Shown: one piece after another, positions 21,169 to 32,568 of the stretch
Layout: every line of letters starts with the position of its first letter
Position numbering within the stretch: the first letter of the stretch is position 1
Assembly: GCA_016208765.1 (NCBI GenBank)
Contig: JACQXK010000012.1
Span: 18,152 to 82,151 of the forward strand
From: Candidatus Omnitrophota bacterium
GTDB lineage: Bacteria > Omnitrophota > Gorgyraeia > Gygaellales > Profunditerraquicolaceae
Direction of reading: 5' to 3'
Length of the DNA stretch: 64,000 bases
Position numbers and translations under genes: made by a program
The notes under the pieces: model-generated
Seen by the model: the letters and a program-made list of their open reading frames with translations, nothing else
What the model was told of the DNA's origin: nothing
Database searches by the model: none

Positions 21169-22137
21169 TTATAAACTTTTCTTAACCCTGGCAATTACTT
21201 TTGCCCTGACCGAATCAATATTCCCGTGCACGGTTGCCCCGCTTGCCGTTTTGTGCCCTCCGCCGCCAAAGAAAAAAGCAATGTCATTCACATTCACCTT
21301 TCCCTGCGAACGGAAATTTATTCTTACTTCGTTACGCACACCTAAATTTTCTTTAAACAAGATGCAGACTTCAACACCTTTAACAGAGCGTGCAAAACTT
21401 AAGAGATTATCGGTTAAATCAAATGAAAGTTTTTTGTTCCGTAATAAATTGTGCCTCAACTGAAACCATGCGATTTTTCCTGCTCCGGCGCGCTTCATCG
21501 TCGGTAAAACCTGGCTCAAAAGTTTTATGTCCTGATAGGGGATATTTTCATAGGTATTTTTGTATATCTGTGAAACATTTAAGCCAAATTTAAGAAGTTC
21601 TGCCACTGCCTTATGCGTAGAGCTGGTGGTGTTAGAATAGCGAAATGAACCTGTATCCGTAAGGATACCGACATACAGGCTAAGCGCGCTCTGGCTGTCA
21701 AAACTGACACCCATTTCTTTATAAAGCCGGAAAATAATTTCAGAGCAACTTGACGCATGCGGATCCACACAATTAACTGCACCAAAATATTGATTGCTGA
21801 TATGATGATCAATGTTAATGATTGGCTTATTTTCCGGATTGATACGGTATACTTCCCCTGTGCGTTTTAGGTCAGAACAATCCAAAACCACAAAACAATC
21901 AAACTTTAAATTCCTGATATTGCTTTTGTATTTCCTGATATTCTCTACCCCCGGAAGAAAATCATAACCATAGGGGATATCGTCCTCATTCATCAGTATT
22001 CCGGTTTTGCCGAGTTTCTTTAAGAGGATATAAAACGCAAGCTCAGAACCCAAGGCATCACCCTCGGGATTAGTATGCGTAGAAATCAAAAAAGTTTTAT
22101 TCTTTCTTATGGCTGCGGCGGCTTTTTTTAGGCTCAT
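21169..22137 (-). CDS. nrnA: DHH/DHHA1 phosphoesterase, NrnA-like oligoribonuclease / pAp phosphatase
   Basis: 322 aa, DHH motif NIDHHISN, DHHA1 GGGGH motif. Confidence 0.75.
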   Translation of the reverse strand: MSLKKAAAAIRKNKTFLISTHTNPEGDALGSELAFYILLKKLGKTGILMNEDDIPYGYDFLPGVENIRKYKSNIRNLKFDCFVVLDCSDLKRTGEVYRINPENKPIINIDHHISNQYFGAVNCVDPHASSCSEIIFRLYKEMGVSFDSQSALSLYVGILTDTGSFRYSNTTSSTHKAVAELLKFGLNVSQIYKNTYENIPYQDIKLLSQVLPTMKRAGAGKIAWFQLRHNLLRNKKLSFDLTDNLLSFARSVKGVEVCILFKENLGVRNEVRINFRSQGKVNVNDIAFFFGGGGHKTASGATVHGNIDSVRAKVIARVKKSL

Positions 22138-22474
22138 TAATCTCCTTTATTTCATTAAGCACTTCTTCAATCCTGACGCTGTATTCGCTGGACCTGTCTT
22201 CTTTAAAAATAATCTCCGGGGAAAATTTCAAATTAATCCGCTCCGATACAAGTTTACGGATAAAACCCAAACTTGAATCTAAGGCCTGCTTGGTTTTTTT
22301 ATGCTCTTCGTCTTTTCCTAAAACGCTGAAAAAAACCCGGGCCAGCCTCAGGTCGGGAGCCATCTCAACCCTGGTAATGGTTACAAACCCCAAACGCGGA
22401 TCCTTAAGCCTGTCATGAATAATCACGCTTACTTCCTGCCTGACTGCCTCAGCAACTTTATCAACCCTTCCCAT
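22097..22474 (-). CDS. rbfA: ribosome-binding factor A
   Basis: 125 aa, RbfA KH-like fold signature, ...GFVTITRVEMAPDLRLARVFFSV. Confidence 0.8.
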   Translation of the reverse strand: MGRVDKVAEAVRQEVSVIIHDRLKDPRLGFVTITRVEMAPDLRLARVFFSVLGKDEEHKKTKQALDSSLGFIRKLVSERINLKFSPEIIFKEDRSSEYSVRIEEVLNEIKEINEPKKSRRSHKKE

Positions 22475-23751
22475 TATCTCTTCTCCTTAAGTTTCTGTAT
22501 AATTAAATCCAATTCCTGCTCCCTGTTCTTCACTGCACCGTTTAACTTAGCATTTAACACTGCTGCAAAAATCTTTTGATAATGCGGCCCTGGTTTTAAT
22601 CCCAGCCCATGCAGGTCCTCACCGGAAACGCAAATTTTCATCCCGTTGTAGATTTCAAAGAAATCACTAATATGCTTTTGCAATTCTGAATTCTTATGTT
22701 TTGCCTTTAACGCAAGGATCACCTCATAGCTTATTGGCTCAAGCATTGAAAATATAAACGAAGGTTTAAGCCCTTTTTTAGAAAGCCTCAAGACAAAATT
22801 CTTGCCAATGCGTTTATAAGCGATAATCCTTTTTTCTTCGCCTTTCTTAAAAACGAACTTCCTGCAAATCTCCTGCGACACATTCAGACTGCAATCATCA
22901 ATTATTCCCAGGAAATAAATCAACCAGGAATCAATCTGCCTGCGCAAAGGCTGGCTTTTTTCAAACCAAACAATTTCTTTCTCCAACGCTTTTAAGAATC
23001 CAATAACCCTGTTTGAAACTTTTAATTTTGGATTAATAAAACTAAAACCGGTTAATTCCTTCATCCTGGCTATCTCTTTTAAAGGACGCTTTTCCTTAAG
23101 CATCAATATCAAATCATCCCTGACCCGCTGAGGCTCAACTTGATCAAGCATTTTAATGCGTATTGCTTCCTTCATCTTTTTTAGAGTATTTGGTTCAATA
23201 TGAAAATTATACCTTGCCTCAAAACGGATTGCCCGCAATATCCGCGTAGGATCATCTAAAAAACTTAAATCATGCAAAATACGGATACTCTTGTTTTTCA
23301 GGTCGTTAGTTCCTCCGTAGAAATCCATCAGTTTGCCAAAATTCCCTGCAGTAATGTCAATCGCCATTGCATTAATGGTAAAATCCCTGCGGAAGTGGTC
23401 ATCTTTTAATGTCCCGCTTTCAACAACAGGTAAGTGCCCAGGAGCAGGATAGAATTCTTTTCTCGCGGTGGCGAAATCAATCTTTAGATGCGGCCTATGC
23501 ATAACAGTAGCAGTGCCAAAACGCCTGTGCCTGATAAGCTTTGCTTTTAAGGCATGGGCAAATTTTTCGGCAAAAGCTATTCCGTCTGTTTCTGCGACAA
23601 TATCCAAATCAAGGTTATTAACCCCCAGGATCAAATCACGGACAAATCCACCCACGAGATAAACACGCATACCTGACTCTGCTGCAATATCTCTTGCCAG
23701 GTAGATCAAATCCAATATTTCCTTTGGCAGTTTGTTTAAATAATCTTTCAT
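22474..23751 (-). CDS. cca: tRNA nucleotidyltransferase (CCA-adding) / poly(A) polymerase family with HD domain
   Basis: 425 aa, GGFVRDLILG...DLD nucleotidyltransferase head motif. Confidence 0.75.
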   Translation of the reverse strand: MKDYLNKLPKEILDLIYLARDIAAESGMRVYLVGGFVRDLILGVNNLDLDIVAETDGIAFAEKFAHALKAKLIRHRRFGTATVMHRPHLKIDFATARKEFYPAPGHLPVVESGTLKDDHFRRDFTINAMAIDITAGNFGKLMDFYGGTNDLKNKSIRILHDLSFLDDPTRILRAIRFEARYNFHIEPNTLKKMKEAIRIKMLDQVEPQRVRDDLILMLKEKRPLKEIARMKELTGFSFINPKLKVSNRVIGFLKALEKEIVWFEKSQPLRRQIDSWLIYFLGIIDDCSLNVSQEICRKFVFKKGEEKRIIAYKRIGKNFVLRLSKKGLKPSFIFSMLEPISYEVILALKAKHKNSELQKHISDFFEIYNGMKICVSGEDLHGLGLKPGPHYQKIFAAVLNAKLNGAVKNREQELDLIIQKLKEKR

Positions 23752-23759
23752 CTTTTCCT

Positions 23760-24647
23760 CTATGGGCGCGGATGAAACATCCTATGAATACTTTTAAGCC
23801 TGTCTTTATTAATATGCGTATAAATCTGCGTCGTAGAAATGTTAGAATGCCCCAGCATCTCCTGCACAGAACGTAAATCCGCCCCGTGTTCAAGTAAATG
23901 CGTGGCAAAAGAATGCCTCAAAATATGCGGGCGCATCGGCTTATTGATCCCTGCCTTAGAAGCATACTTCCTGATAATTTTCCAGAATGATTGCCGGGAA
24001 ATCTTCTTTCCAAAACGGCTCAAGAATAAATACTCTGATTCCTGCTTTTTTGCAAATTCTTGGCGCGCCTGTTCAAGATATTTATTAATACTTGCGATCG
24101 CTTTTTTTCCGATTGGGATAACCCGCTCCTTATTGCCTTTACCGATACAACGCAGGAACCCGACATCAAGATTAACGTTTGATGTTTTTAAATTTACCGC
24201 CTCAGAAACGCGCATCCCTGTAGCATAAAGAGTTTCCAGTATCGCTTTATCACGCAGCCCCTGTTTATTCCTTATGTCAGGCTGGCCCAGCAAAACATCA
24301 ACCTCATTCAAGCTTAATGTATCCGGTATTTTCTTCCACAGCCTGGGGGTATCAACAAGGTTACTGGGATCCTGTTTAACGATCCTTTCGCGCGCAAGAA
24401 AACGATGGAACATCCTTATTGCTGCCAGGCGCCGGGCAATAGAATTCGGAGAAATACCTTTCTCTTTTTGGTGCATCATGAAATTAATAATATCATTTTT
24501 GCTGATCTTTGAAAGAGCATCAATCCGGCAGGATTGTAGAAAATCAGTATAAGAATCTAAATCATCCCTATAGGAAATAATTGTGTTATTAGACAAACCC
24601 CGTTCAACCGAAAGATAATCAAGAAATGTGGAAATAAGCTCTTTCAT
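23760..24647 (-). CDS. xerC: tyrosine site-specific recombinase XerC/XerD (chromosome dimer resolution)
   Basis: 295 aa, C-terminal R..HxxR..Y catalytic motifs (HILRHSFATHLL...STTQIYTH); lies in housekeeping context. Confidence 0.8.
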   Translation of the reverse strand: MKELISTFLDYLSVERGLSNNTIISYRDDLDSYTDFLQSCRIDALSKISKNDIINFMMHQKEKGISPNSIARRLAAIRMFHRFLARERIVKQDPSNLVDTPRLWKKIPDTLSLNEVDVLLGQPDIRNKQGLRDKAILETLYATGMRVSEAVNLKTSNVNLDVGFLRCIGKGNKERVIPIGKKAIASINKYLEQARQEFAKKQESEYLFLSRFGKKISRQSFWKIIRKYASKAGINKPMRPHILRHSFATHLLEHGADLRSVQEMLGHSNISTTQIYTHINKDRLKSIHRMFHPRP

Positions 24648-24650
24648 ATT

Positions 24651-25271
24651 TTAGTCAAGGAAAGGGTTATCTAACCTTTCTTCCCCGATCGTAGTTGACG
24701 GCCCATGCCCCGGATAAACTATTGTTTCATCAGAAAGCGACATAAGCTTTTGTTTAATAGTTTTTATTAATATTGCTCCGTCTCCTCCGTTAAGGTCTGA
24801 CCTGCCTATGCCTCGGCAAAAAAGCGTATCTCCGGTAAAAACAATATTGCCCTGAGGTGCCGTCATTAACAAAGCAATTCCTCCCGGAGTATGCCCGGGG
24901 ATATGCAAAACCTTCAAGCAAATGCCTCCCAACTCAAGGATATCTGCGTCTTTAACCGGCCTTATTTCCGCCTTTACCCAGGATGGCTTAGAAAAAATAC
25001 CGGACAGGTTCAAATTCGGGTCTCTTAAAAAATCAACTTCTTTTTCATAGACATAAACCGGCACATTAAAGCCGTCATCCGAACCAATATGGTCGTAGTG
25101 CCCATGCGTATTAATTACAAACCCGGGCTTAAGCTTATATTTTTCCAATACCTTTTTAATCTTGCGCTCTTCAGAACCGGGGTCAATAATAATCGCATGG
25201 CCATCTTCATGTTCAGCTACAATATAGCAATTAACCTCAAGCGGGCCTACGCAAACTGTTTCCAGAATCAT
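24651..25271 (-). CDS. MBL-fold metallo-hydrolase (glyoxalase II-like)
   Basis: 206 aa, HxHxDH motif (NTHGHYDHIG). Confidence 0.75.
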   Translation of the reverse strand: MILETVCVGPLEVNCYIVAEHEDGHAIIIDPGSEERKIKKVLEKYKLKPGFVINTHGHYDHIGSDDGFNVPVYVYEKEVDFLRDPNLNLSGIFSKPSWVKAEIRPVKDADILELGGICLKVLHIPGHTPGGIALLMTAPQGNIVFTGDTLFCRGIGRSDLNGGDGAILIKTIKQKLMSLSDETIVYPGHGPSTTIGEERLDNPFLD

Positions 25272-25778
25272 TTAAATTACGCTATCCTTTATTTTCTGCC
25301 AGGAAAAATCCCTCAAGACATTCATTTTGATTCTTTCGGCAATCTGGCGGTTCCCTATATTATGAGTATTATAGGCATCGCCTTCAATCTCATGTTTTAG
25401 ATTCTTCAACTGGCCGATATAAACATCCAATTTTGTCTGAGCATCAGTGTTTAAAAGCGGCCTTAAATTATTCAGGTTATCAATCGCCTGTTGTGCGCAA
25501 TCAAGCTTCTTCTTCTGGCTCCTTGCCTGTAAAAACGCCTCAATCAATTCAGTCTGCCAGGACTTCCAGAACAAGAAATATTGCCTGTAAAGTTGTTCCT
25601 TTGAGAGCCCCGGCCCCTTAAACTCTTCCGGCTCAAGGACCATCTCTTCTTCAACCTGTGTCTTCTTTTTACGAGTAAACTTACGCACAAAGGCTTCACA
25701 GCCAAGAGCAGAAACTAAAAAACAGGAAACAAAAACACAACAAATTATCTGCTTGATCCGCATATTTAAGAACACCAT
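25272..25778 (-). CDS. hypothetical lipoprotein
   Basis: 168 aa, signal peptide with lipobox LVSALGC; no recognisable domain. Confidence 0.5.
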   Translation of the reverse strand: MVFLNMRIKQIICCVFVSCFLVSALGCEAFVRKFTRKKKTQVEEEMVLEPEEFKGPGLSKEQLYRQYFLFWKSWQTELIEAFLQARSQKKKLDCAQQAIDNLNNLRPLLNTDAQTKLDVYIGQLKNLKHEIEGDAYNTHNIGNRQIAERIKMNVLRDFSWQKIKDSVI

Positions 25779-25782
25779 TTAA

Positions 25783-28519
<2,737 letters not shown>

Positions 28520-28561
28520 GGCTCTTTAATCCTGGTTTAGATTAATACTTAATCTTTAAAA

Positions 28562-28831
28562 TCAAAACCCGACACTAAAACCTTCAAAACTATCGGTTGC
28601 CGGTGACCAATGCACGCTTGTATCAGTGATATAATTTGAAAAAGAATCATTTATTCGGAGCAAAAACTCTTTAAGCCTATCTTCCTCTGCCTGGGCCAAT
28701 ACTTCAACCCGTCCATCGGGCAAGTTCTTCACCCATCCTTTTACACCCAACTCATTGGCGACGATTTCTGCAGTAAAACGAAAACCCACCCCCTGCACTC
28801 TACCGCTGTAATGAATATGGACCTGTTTCAT
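28562..28831 (-). CDS. acyP: acylphosphatase
   Basis: 89 aa, VQGVGFRFT...GWVKNLPDGRVEV signature. Confidence 0.8.
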   Translation of the reverse strand: MKQVHIHYSGRVQGVGFRFTAEIVANELGVKGWVKNLPDGRVEVLAQAEEDRLKEFLLRINDSFSNYITDTSVHWSPATDSFEGFSVGF

Positions 28832-28839
28832 AAAAATAA

Positions 28840-28914
28840 TCGGGGCGACAGGACTTGAACCTGTGACCTCAACGTCCCGAACGTTGCGCTCTAGCCAAAC
28901 TGAGCCACGCCCCG
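28840..28914 (-). tRNA. tRNA-Pro (anticodon CGG)
   Basis: Manual cloverleaf: CGGGGCG acceptor (C1-G72, A73 as in bacterial tRNA-Pro), D arm GCUC/GAGC, anticodon stem CAACG/CGUUG with loop UUCGGGA, T arm ACAGG-UUCAAGU-CCUGU; no encoded CCA. Confidence 0.9.
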
Positions 28915-28917
28915 TTA

Positions 28918-29043
28918 CAAATTGTACAAAAGTTTAAAGAACCGGCAATTTGTAACGGGGCACGCCCACCCAATCACAAATTGTACAAAAGTTTAAAGAA
29001 CCGGCAATTTGTAACGGGGCACGCCCACCCAATCACAAATTGT
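28918..29043. repeat. 59-bp tandem direct repeat (2.1 copies) directly upstream of tRNA-Pro; each copy carries a TTGCCG-16-TACAAT promoter in tRNA orientation plus an inverted copy of the promoter/tRNA junction (GCCCCGTTACAAATTG)
   Basis: Units 28918..28976 and 28977..29035 identical, partial third copy to 29043; 10-bp inverted repeat TTACAAATTG/CAATTTGTAA within each unit. Confidence 0.85.
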
Positions 29044-29289
29044 TAAAGCATTTAATATCTTTCAAACTGTTTGCGATAGTATAACAAAAAAAACTAATAT
29101 TATCAATGATTTGCTATTAAGAAATTACCGTCTTCTTTAGCTCTCTTTTCCCATAGCTTTCCTTCCAGCACTAAACAATCCAGCAACAAAAGTTTCTGCT
29201 TGCACACGAGATTTTCCGTACCAAAAATCTCTGATTGTGTGCTCACAGAAACTTTTATTGCTTTAAGTATTAGAATTAAACCAAAATAC

Positions 29290-29560
29290 TGTTTTTCGTC
29301 ATCCTGACTCTGAGCCGAAGGCGAAGGGAAAGGATCTAACTTCAGATTCTTCGTCCGCCACCTTCGGTGGCGAGACTCAGAATAACCAAAGATAGGGTGA
29401 CAAGGCATGTTTCAAGCAGCACGTTAGAAAGCTCTTGCGGGCATGGTTCGCCCGCTATTAAATAGCCTGCGAGAGCAAGAGCTTTCGCCCGAGCGAAGAT
29501 TTTCCACGCCGGGGAAAATCAAGCGGTGCTGCGAGAAATATGCCTTGTCACCCAAATACT
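29290..29560. other. GC-rich, densely base-paired non-coding element of unknown identity (candidate structured ncRNA or MITE-like insertion) with perfect 14-bp terminal inverted repeat GGGTGACAAGGCAT (29395..29408 / 29540..29553)
   Basis: Nested complementary segments: 11-bp AAAGCTCTTGC/GCAAGAGCTTT, 7-bp GCAGCAC/GTGCTGC, 7-bp stem CGCCACC-TTC-GGTGGCG, GATTTTCC/GGAAAATC; no convincing ORF; GC content far above flanking DNA. Confidence 0.5.
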
Positions 29561-29666
29561 CAAAGCGTTATCAAGAAACATAAACCAAGACAAGGCCCAT
29601 AAAAAAATGCTAGAAAATTAACCTGAGCGAGCAAACCGGGAGATTTATTAATTAGCTAACAAAAAC

Positions 29667-30236
29667 TCAAACTTTTTTGGCGAGGATATCAAATTCAACA
29701 TTTACTTTTGCGGAAGGCCCCTTAAAGCCAAGAGTGGTATTCTTAAGGGTATGCGGGATAACAAAAACAGAAAACAAATTTGATTTGTTGCCAGCTAAGG
29801 TTAGGCTAATACCATCAACAGCAATTGAACCCTTGGGCAGGCAATATTTCATGAACTTAAGCGGAACGGCAATCTCAAAACACAAATTATTATTCCGATA
29901 ACTTTTACTGCGGATAATTCCAATACAATCTACATGGCCGGTTACAAAATGCCCGGATATCCTGTCCCCTACCTTAAGGCTGCGCTCCAGATTAACCTGA
30001 TCAAAAATCTTAAGGTTACCCAGATTTGTTACTTTTAGTGTTTCTGCCATTACCTCAAAAAACAAAAGATCATTTTCTTTATTTACCACAGTAAGGCATG
30101 CGCCATTAACAGCAACGCTATCGCCAATTTTTACATCGCCGCTAACACCTTGAGCATAAATCTCAAAAAGAGTTATTTTACCCGAGTGAACAATCTTATT
30201 CACTCTTCCTAAGCCTTCAACAATCCCGCTAAACAT
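29667..30236 (-). CDS. ribE: riboflavin synthase alpha subunit
   Basis: 189 aa, duplicated lumazine-binding repeats, MFSGIVEGLG N-terminus. Confidence 0.85.
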   Translation of the reverse strand: MFSGIVEGLGRVNKIVHSGKITLFEIYAQGVSGDVKIGDSVAVNGACLTVVNKENDLLFFEVMAETLKVTNLGNLKIFDQVNLERSLKVGDRISGHFVTGHVDCIGIIRSKSYRNNNLCFEIAVPLKFMKYCLPKGSIAVDGISLTLAGNKSNLFSVFVIPHTLKNTTLGFKGPSAKVNVEFDILAKKV

Positions 30237-31314
30237 AGCCTTCTAATAGAAAGTCTTCCCCGAAACGCCTCATCTTTACATTTTTCAGTTTAATGGCACT
30301 GTCAATCCTGGCTATACCTTTACCCATTACCGAAGTAAGCGCTTGTTTGCCGCCGATAATTTTCGGGCTGATAAAAAATAATACCTTGTCTACCAACTTT
30401 TGATCAAAAAGTGAGCCGATTAAAGTGCCACCACCTTCTACAATAACACTGGTAATCCCCATTTGCGCTAATTTCTTAAACATATCCTTAAGATTAATCT
30501 CGCCTGTCATTTCTTTTACCTCAAGAACCCTTGCTTTCTTTGTCAGGCTTGCTCTATTTTCTGTCTGCTGCCCAAGGGCAACATTAAGCGTGGCAATTAT
30601 TACCTGGCTTTTACCGTAGAAAATGTTCGCATTTTCAGGAGTGCTTAACTGGCTATCCACCACAACCTTAATAGGATGTTTCTGCGAATACCATGCATCA
30701 AGCCTGGGGTTATCCCTTAATACAGTATTCACTCCCACCATAATCGCATCAAAATCTTTGCGGATGCGATGGGCAAATGCGCGCGATTTATCGGAAGTGA
30801 TCCATTTAGAATCCCCTGTCCGGGTAGCAATCTTTCCGTCAAGCGACTCTGCAACCTTTACTGTTATAAAAGGCATTCTTTTTGTGATATATTTTATAAA
30901 AGCCTCGTTTATTTCTCTTAACCTCTCTTCCAGGAAACCAACTTCAACCTTGATATTATGTTGCCTGAGGATTTCAATTCCTTTACCGTTATTTTTTGGA
31001 TTAGGGTCAATCATCCCGACGATCACTTCTTTTACGCCGCTTTTAATGATCCTGTCCACACAAGGAGGCGTTCTGCCAAAGTGGGTACACGGCTCAAGCG
31101 TAACATAAAGAGTGCTACCGCAGGATTTATTACCCGCATCATCTAAAGCAACAACTTCTGCATGCGGCAGGCCTGCTTTTTCATGAAATCCTTTACCGAT
31201 AATCCTGCCGTTTTTCACAACCAAAGCGCCCACTAAAGGATTAGGCGAAGTCTGACCCTTTGCCTTTAAAGCCAGTTTTATTGCTAAATTCATATAATAT
31301 TCGTGGTTTTTCAT
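30229..31314 (-). CDS. ribD: bifunctional diaminohydroxyphosphoribosylaminopyrimidine deaminase / 5-amino-6-(5-phosphoribosylamino)uracil reductase
   Basis: 361 aa, CMP/dCMP deaminase Zn motif (HAEV...PCTHFGRTPPC) plus RibD reductase C-domain. Confidence 0.85.
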   Translation of the reverse strand: MKNHEYYMNLAIKLALKAKGQTSPNPLVGALVVKNGRIIGKGFHEKAGLPHAEVVALDDAGNKSCGSTLYVTLEPCTHFGRTPPCVDRIIKSGVKEVIVGMIDPNPKNNGKGIEILRQHNIKVEVGFLEERLREINEAFIKYITKRMPFITVKVAESLDGKIATRTGDSKWITSDKSRAFAHRIRKDFDAIMVGVNTVLRDNPRLDAWYSQKHPIKVVVDSQLSTPENANIFYGKSQVIIATLNVALGQQTENRASLTKKARVLEVKEMTGEINLKDMFKKLAQMGITSVIVEGGGTLIGSLFDQKLVDKVLFFISPKIIGGKQALTSVMGKGIARIDSAIKLKNVKMRRFGEDFLLEGYV

Positions 31315-32129
31315 AAATTATTTTTAGCCTGCTTCAGTTTTTCAACCAACTCATATGAGATCTTAATGCTTCCGATCATTTCGCGCGGCTTTGCCTCTCC
31401 GTGGCAATCTGACCCGCCGGTGACCAATAAATTGTATTTTTTTGCAAGCTCAAGGTAAAAATTAACCATAGATTGAGAATGCTCAGGGTAATGAACCTCA
31501 AGCCCCATAATCCCTGCTTCAACAAATTCAGGTATTAATCCGTCATTATTCAAACTGTAAGGATGCGCCAAAACAGGAATTCCTCCTGAATTCTTAATTA
31601 ATTCTACTGCCTGGCGCGGAGAAAATTTAAACCCTAAAACAAAAGCAGCGCGCTTATCACCAATATACTTCTGAAAGGCTTCATAAACAGAACCAACCAC
31701 CCCATGTTTAACCATTGCCCTTGCCACATGGAGCCTGCCAACGGTACCGCCTTTTGCAATTGAAAATACCGATTCCGGATCCAAGTTAACTCCCATTTCC
31801 TTAAGTTTATCAACAATCTTATAGATCCTTTCAATCCGGTTCTTTCGCAAAAACTCAACCTTCTCAATCAAAGCATCGCTTTTATAATCAAAAAAATAGC
31901 CTAATATATGCACCTCTAAACCATTATATTCAGCGCTCAGCTCTATTCCCGGAATAACCTCAATCCCACAGCCTTTTCCCGCTTCTATGCAAGGCTGGAT
32001 ACCGGAAACAGTATCATGGTCCACAGCTGCTATCGCGGATAATCCTTTGCTTTTTGCCTTAGAAACAAGTTGCTCGGGAGTATATGTACCGTCGGAGAAA
32101 ATTGTATGAAGGTGCAGGTCTGCAAACAT
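31311..32129 (-). CDS. PHP-domain phosphoesterase, TrpH/YciV family, embedded in the rib operon
   Basis: 272 aa, N-terminal DLHLHTIFSDG and DHDT PHP metal-binding motifs; 4-bp overlap with ribD start, 8 bp after nusB stop. Confidence 0.75.
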   Translation of the reverse strand: MFADLHLHTIFSDGTYTPEQLVSKAKSKGLSAIAAVDHDTVSGIQPCIEAGKGCGIEVIPGIELSAEYNGLEVHILGYFFDYKSDALIEKVEFLRKNRIERIYKIVDKLKEMGVNLDPESVFSIAKGGTVGRLHVARAMVKHGVVGSVYEAFQKYIGDKRAAFVLGFKFSPRQAVELIKNSGGIPVLAHPYSLNNDGLIPEFVEAGIMGLEVHYPEHSQSMVNFYLELAKKYNLLVTGGSDCHGEAKPREMIGSIKISYELVEKLKQAKNNL

Positions 32130-32136
32130 CGCTAAA

Positions 32137-32568
32137 TTACCTGCCCTTCTCTAATTTAATTTTATCAAGAATGGCGTTAACGAATTTTCCTGCCTCAATT
32201 CCCGAATACTTTTTGGCAAGATCAACTGCTTCGTTAATTGAAACTTTCGGGGGGATATCTTCGCGAAAAACAAGCTCAAAACAACTCATGCGTAAAACAT
32301 TCCTGTCCACAACTGCCATACGATCAAGCTGCCAGTTAGTGGCATACTGTGATATTTTTGCATCAATACCGGCGATATTTTCAATTACGCCTTTTACCAG
32401 CTCGCCTGTAAAATCCTTGATGTCCTTTTCAATTTCCTCATCACTATGCCCCATCCAAAAATTATCCAAGGCGTCCTGGACAGGGTCAGAAGTAATATCA
32501 ATCTGGTAAAGAACCTGTAAAGCAAATTCCCTTGCCTGCGTGCGCTTTCTCATGCTTAATGAACGCAT
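32137..32568 (-). CDS. nusB: transcription antitermination factor NusB (true start probably the internal Met, about 32553)
   Basis: 143 aa, AREFALQVLYQ NusB signature. Confidence 0.85.
   Translation of the reverse strand: MRSLSMRKRTQAREFALQVLYQIDITSDPVQDALDNFWMGHSDEEIEKDIKDFTGELVKGVIENIAGIDAKISQYATNWQLDRMAVVDRNVLRMSCFELVFREDIPPKVSINEAVDLAKKYSGIEAGKFVNAILDKIKLEKGR

Noticed and set aside
23760-24647. Tyrosine recombinase as a mobile-element integrase
   Set aside because: XerC/D-type C-terminal motifs, housekeeping neighbours (cca, MBL hydrolase, ligA), no flanking repeats or cargo; the intact tRNA-Pro is 4 kb away with no phage genes.
28918-29043. Possible CRISPR array
   Set aside because: Only two and a bit identical 59-bp units with no unique spacers and no cas genes; content is a promoter duplication.
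29103-29408. 101-aa minus-strand ORF overlapping the structured element
   Set aside because: The first third is just a translation of the GC hairpins, the remainder is AT-rich with no RBS; more likely a non-coding region.
29290-29560. Identification of the structured element as SRP RNA, RNase P RNA, tmRNA or 6S RNA
   Set aside because: Hallmark motifs absent (no GGUGCUG...GGAAG.AGCAG domain IV, no GGAAAGUCCGG P4, no tRNA-like 3' end). 6S-like long hairpin is possible, but the interior is too subdivided. Left as unknown.
30623-31108. 161-aa plus-strand ORF
   Set aside because: Antisense within ribD, which has clear deaminase/reductase motifs; no start context.
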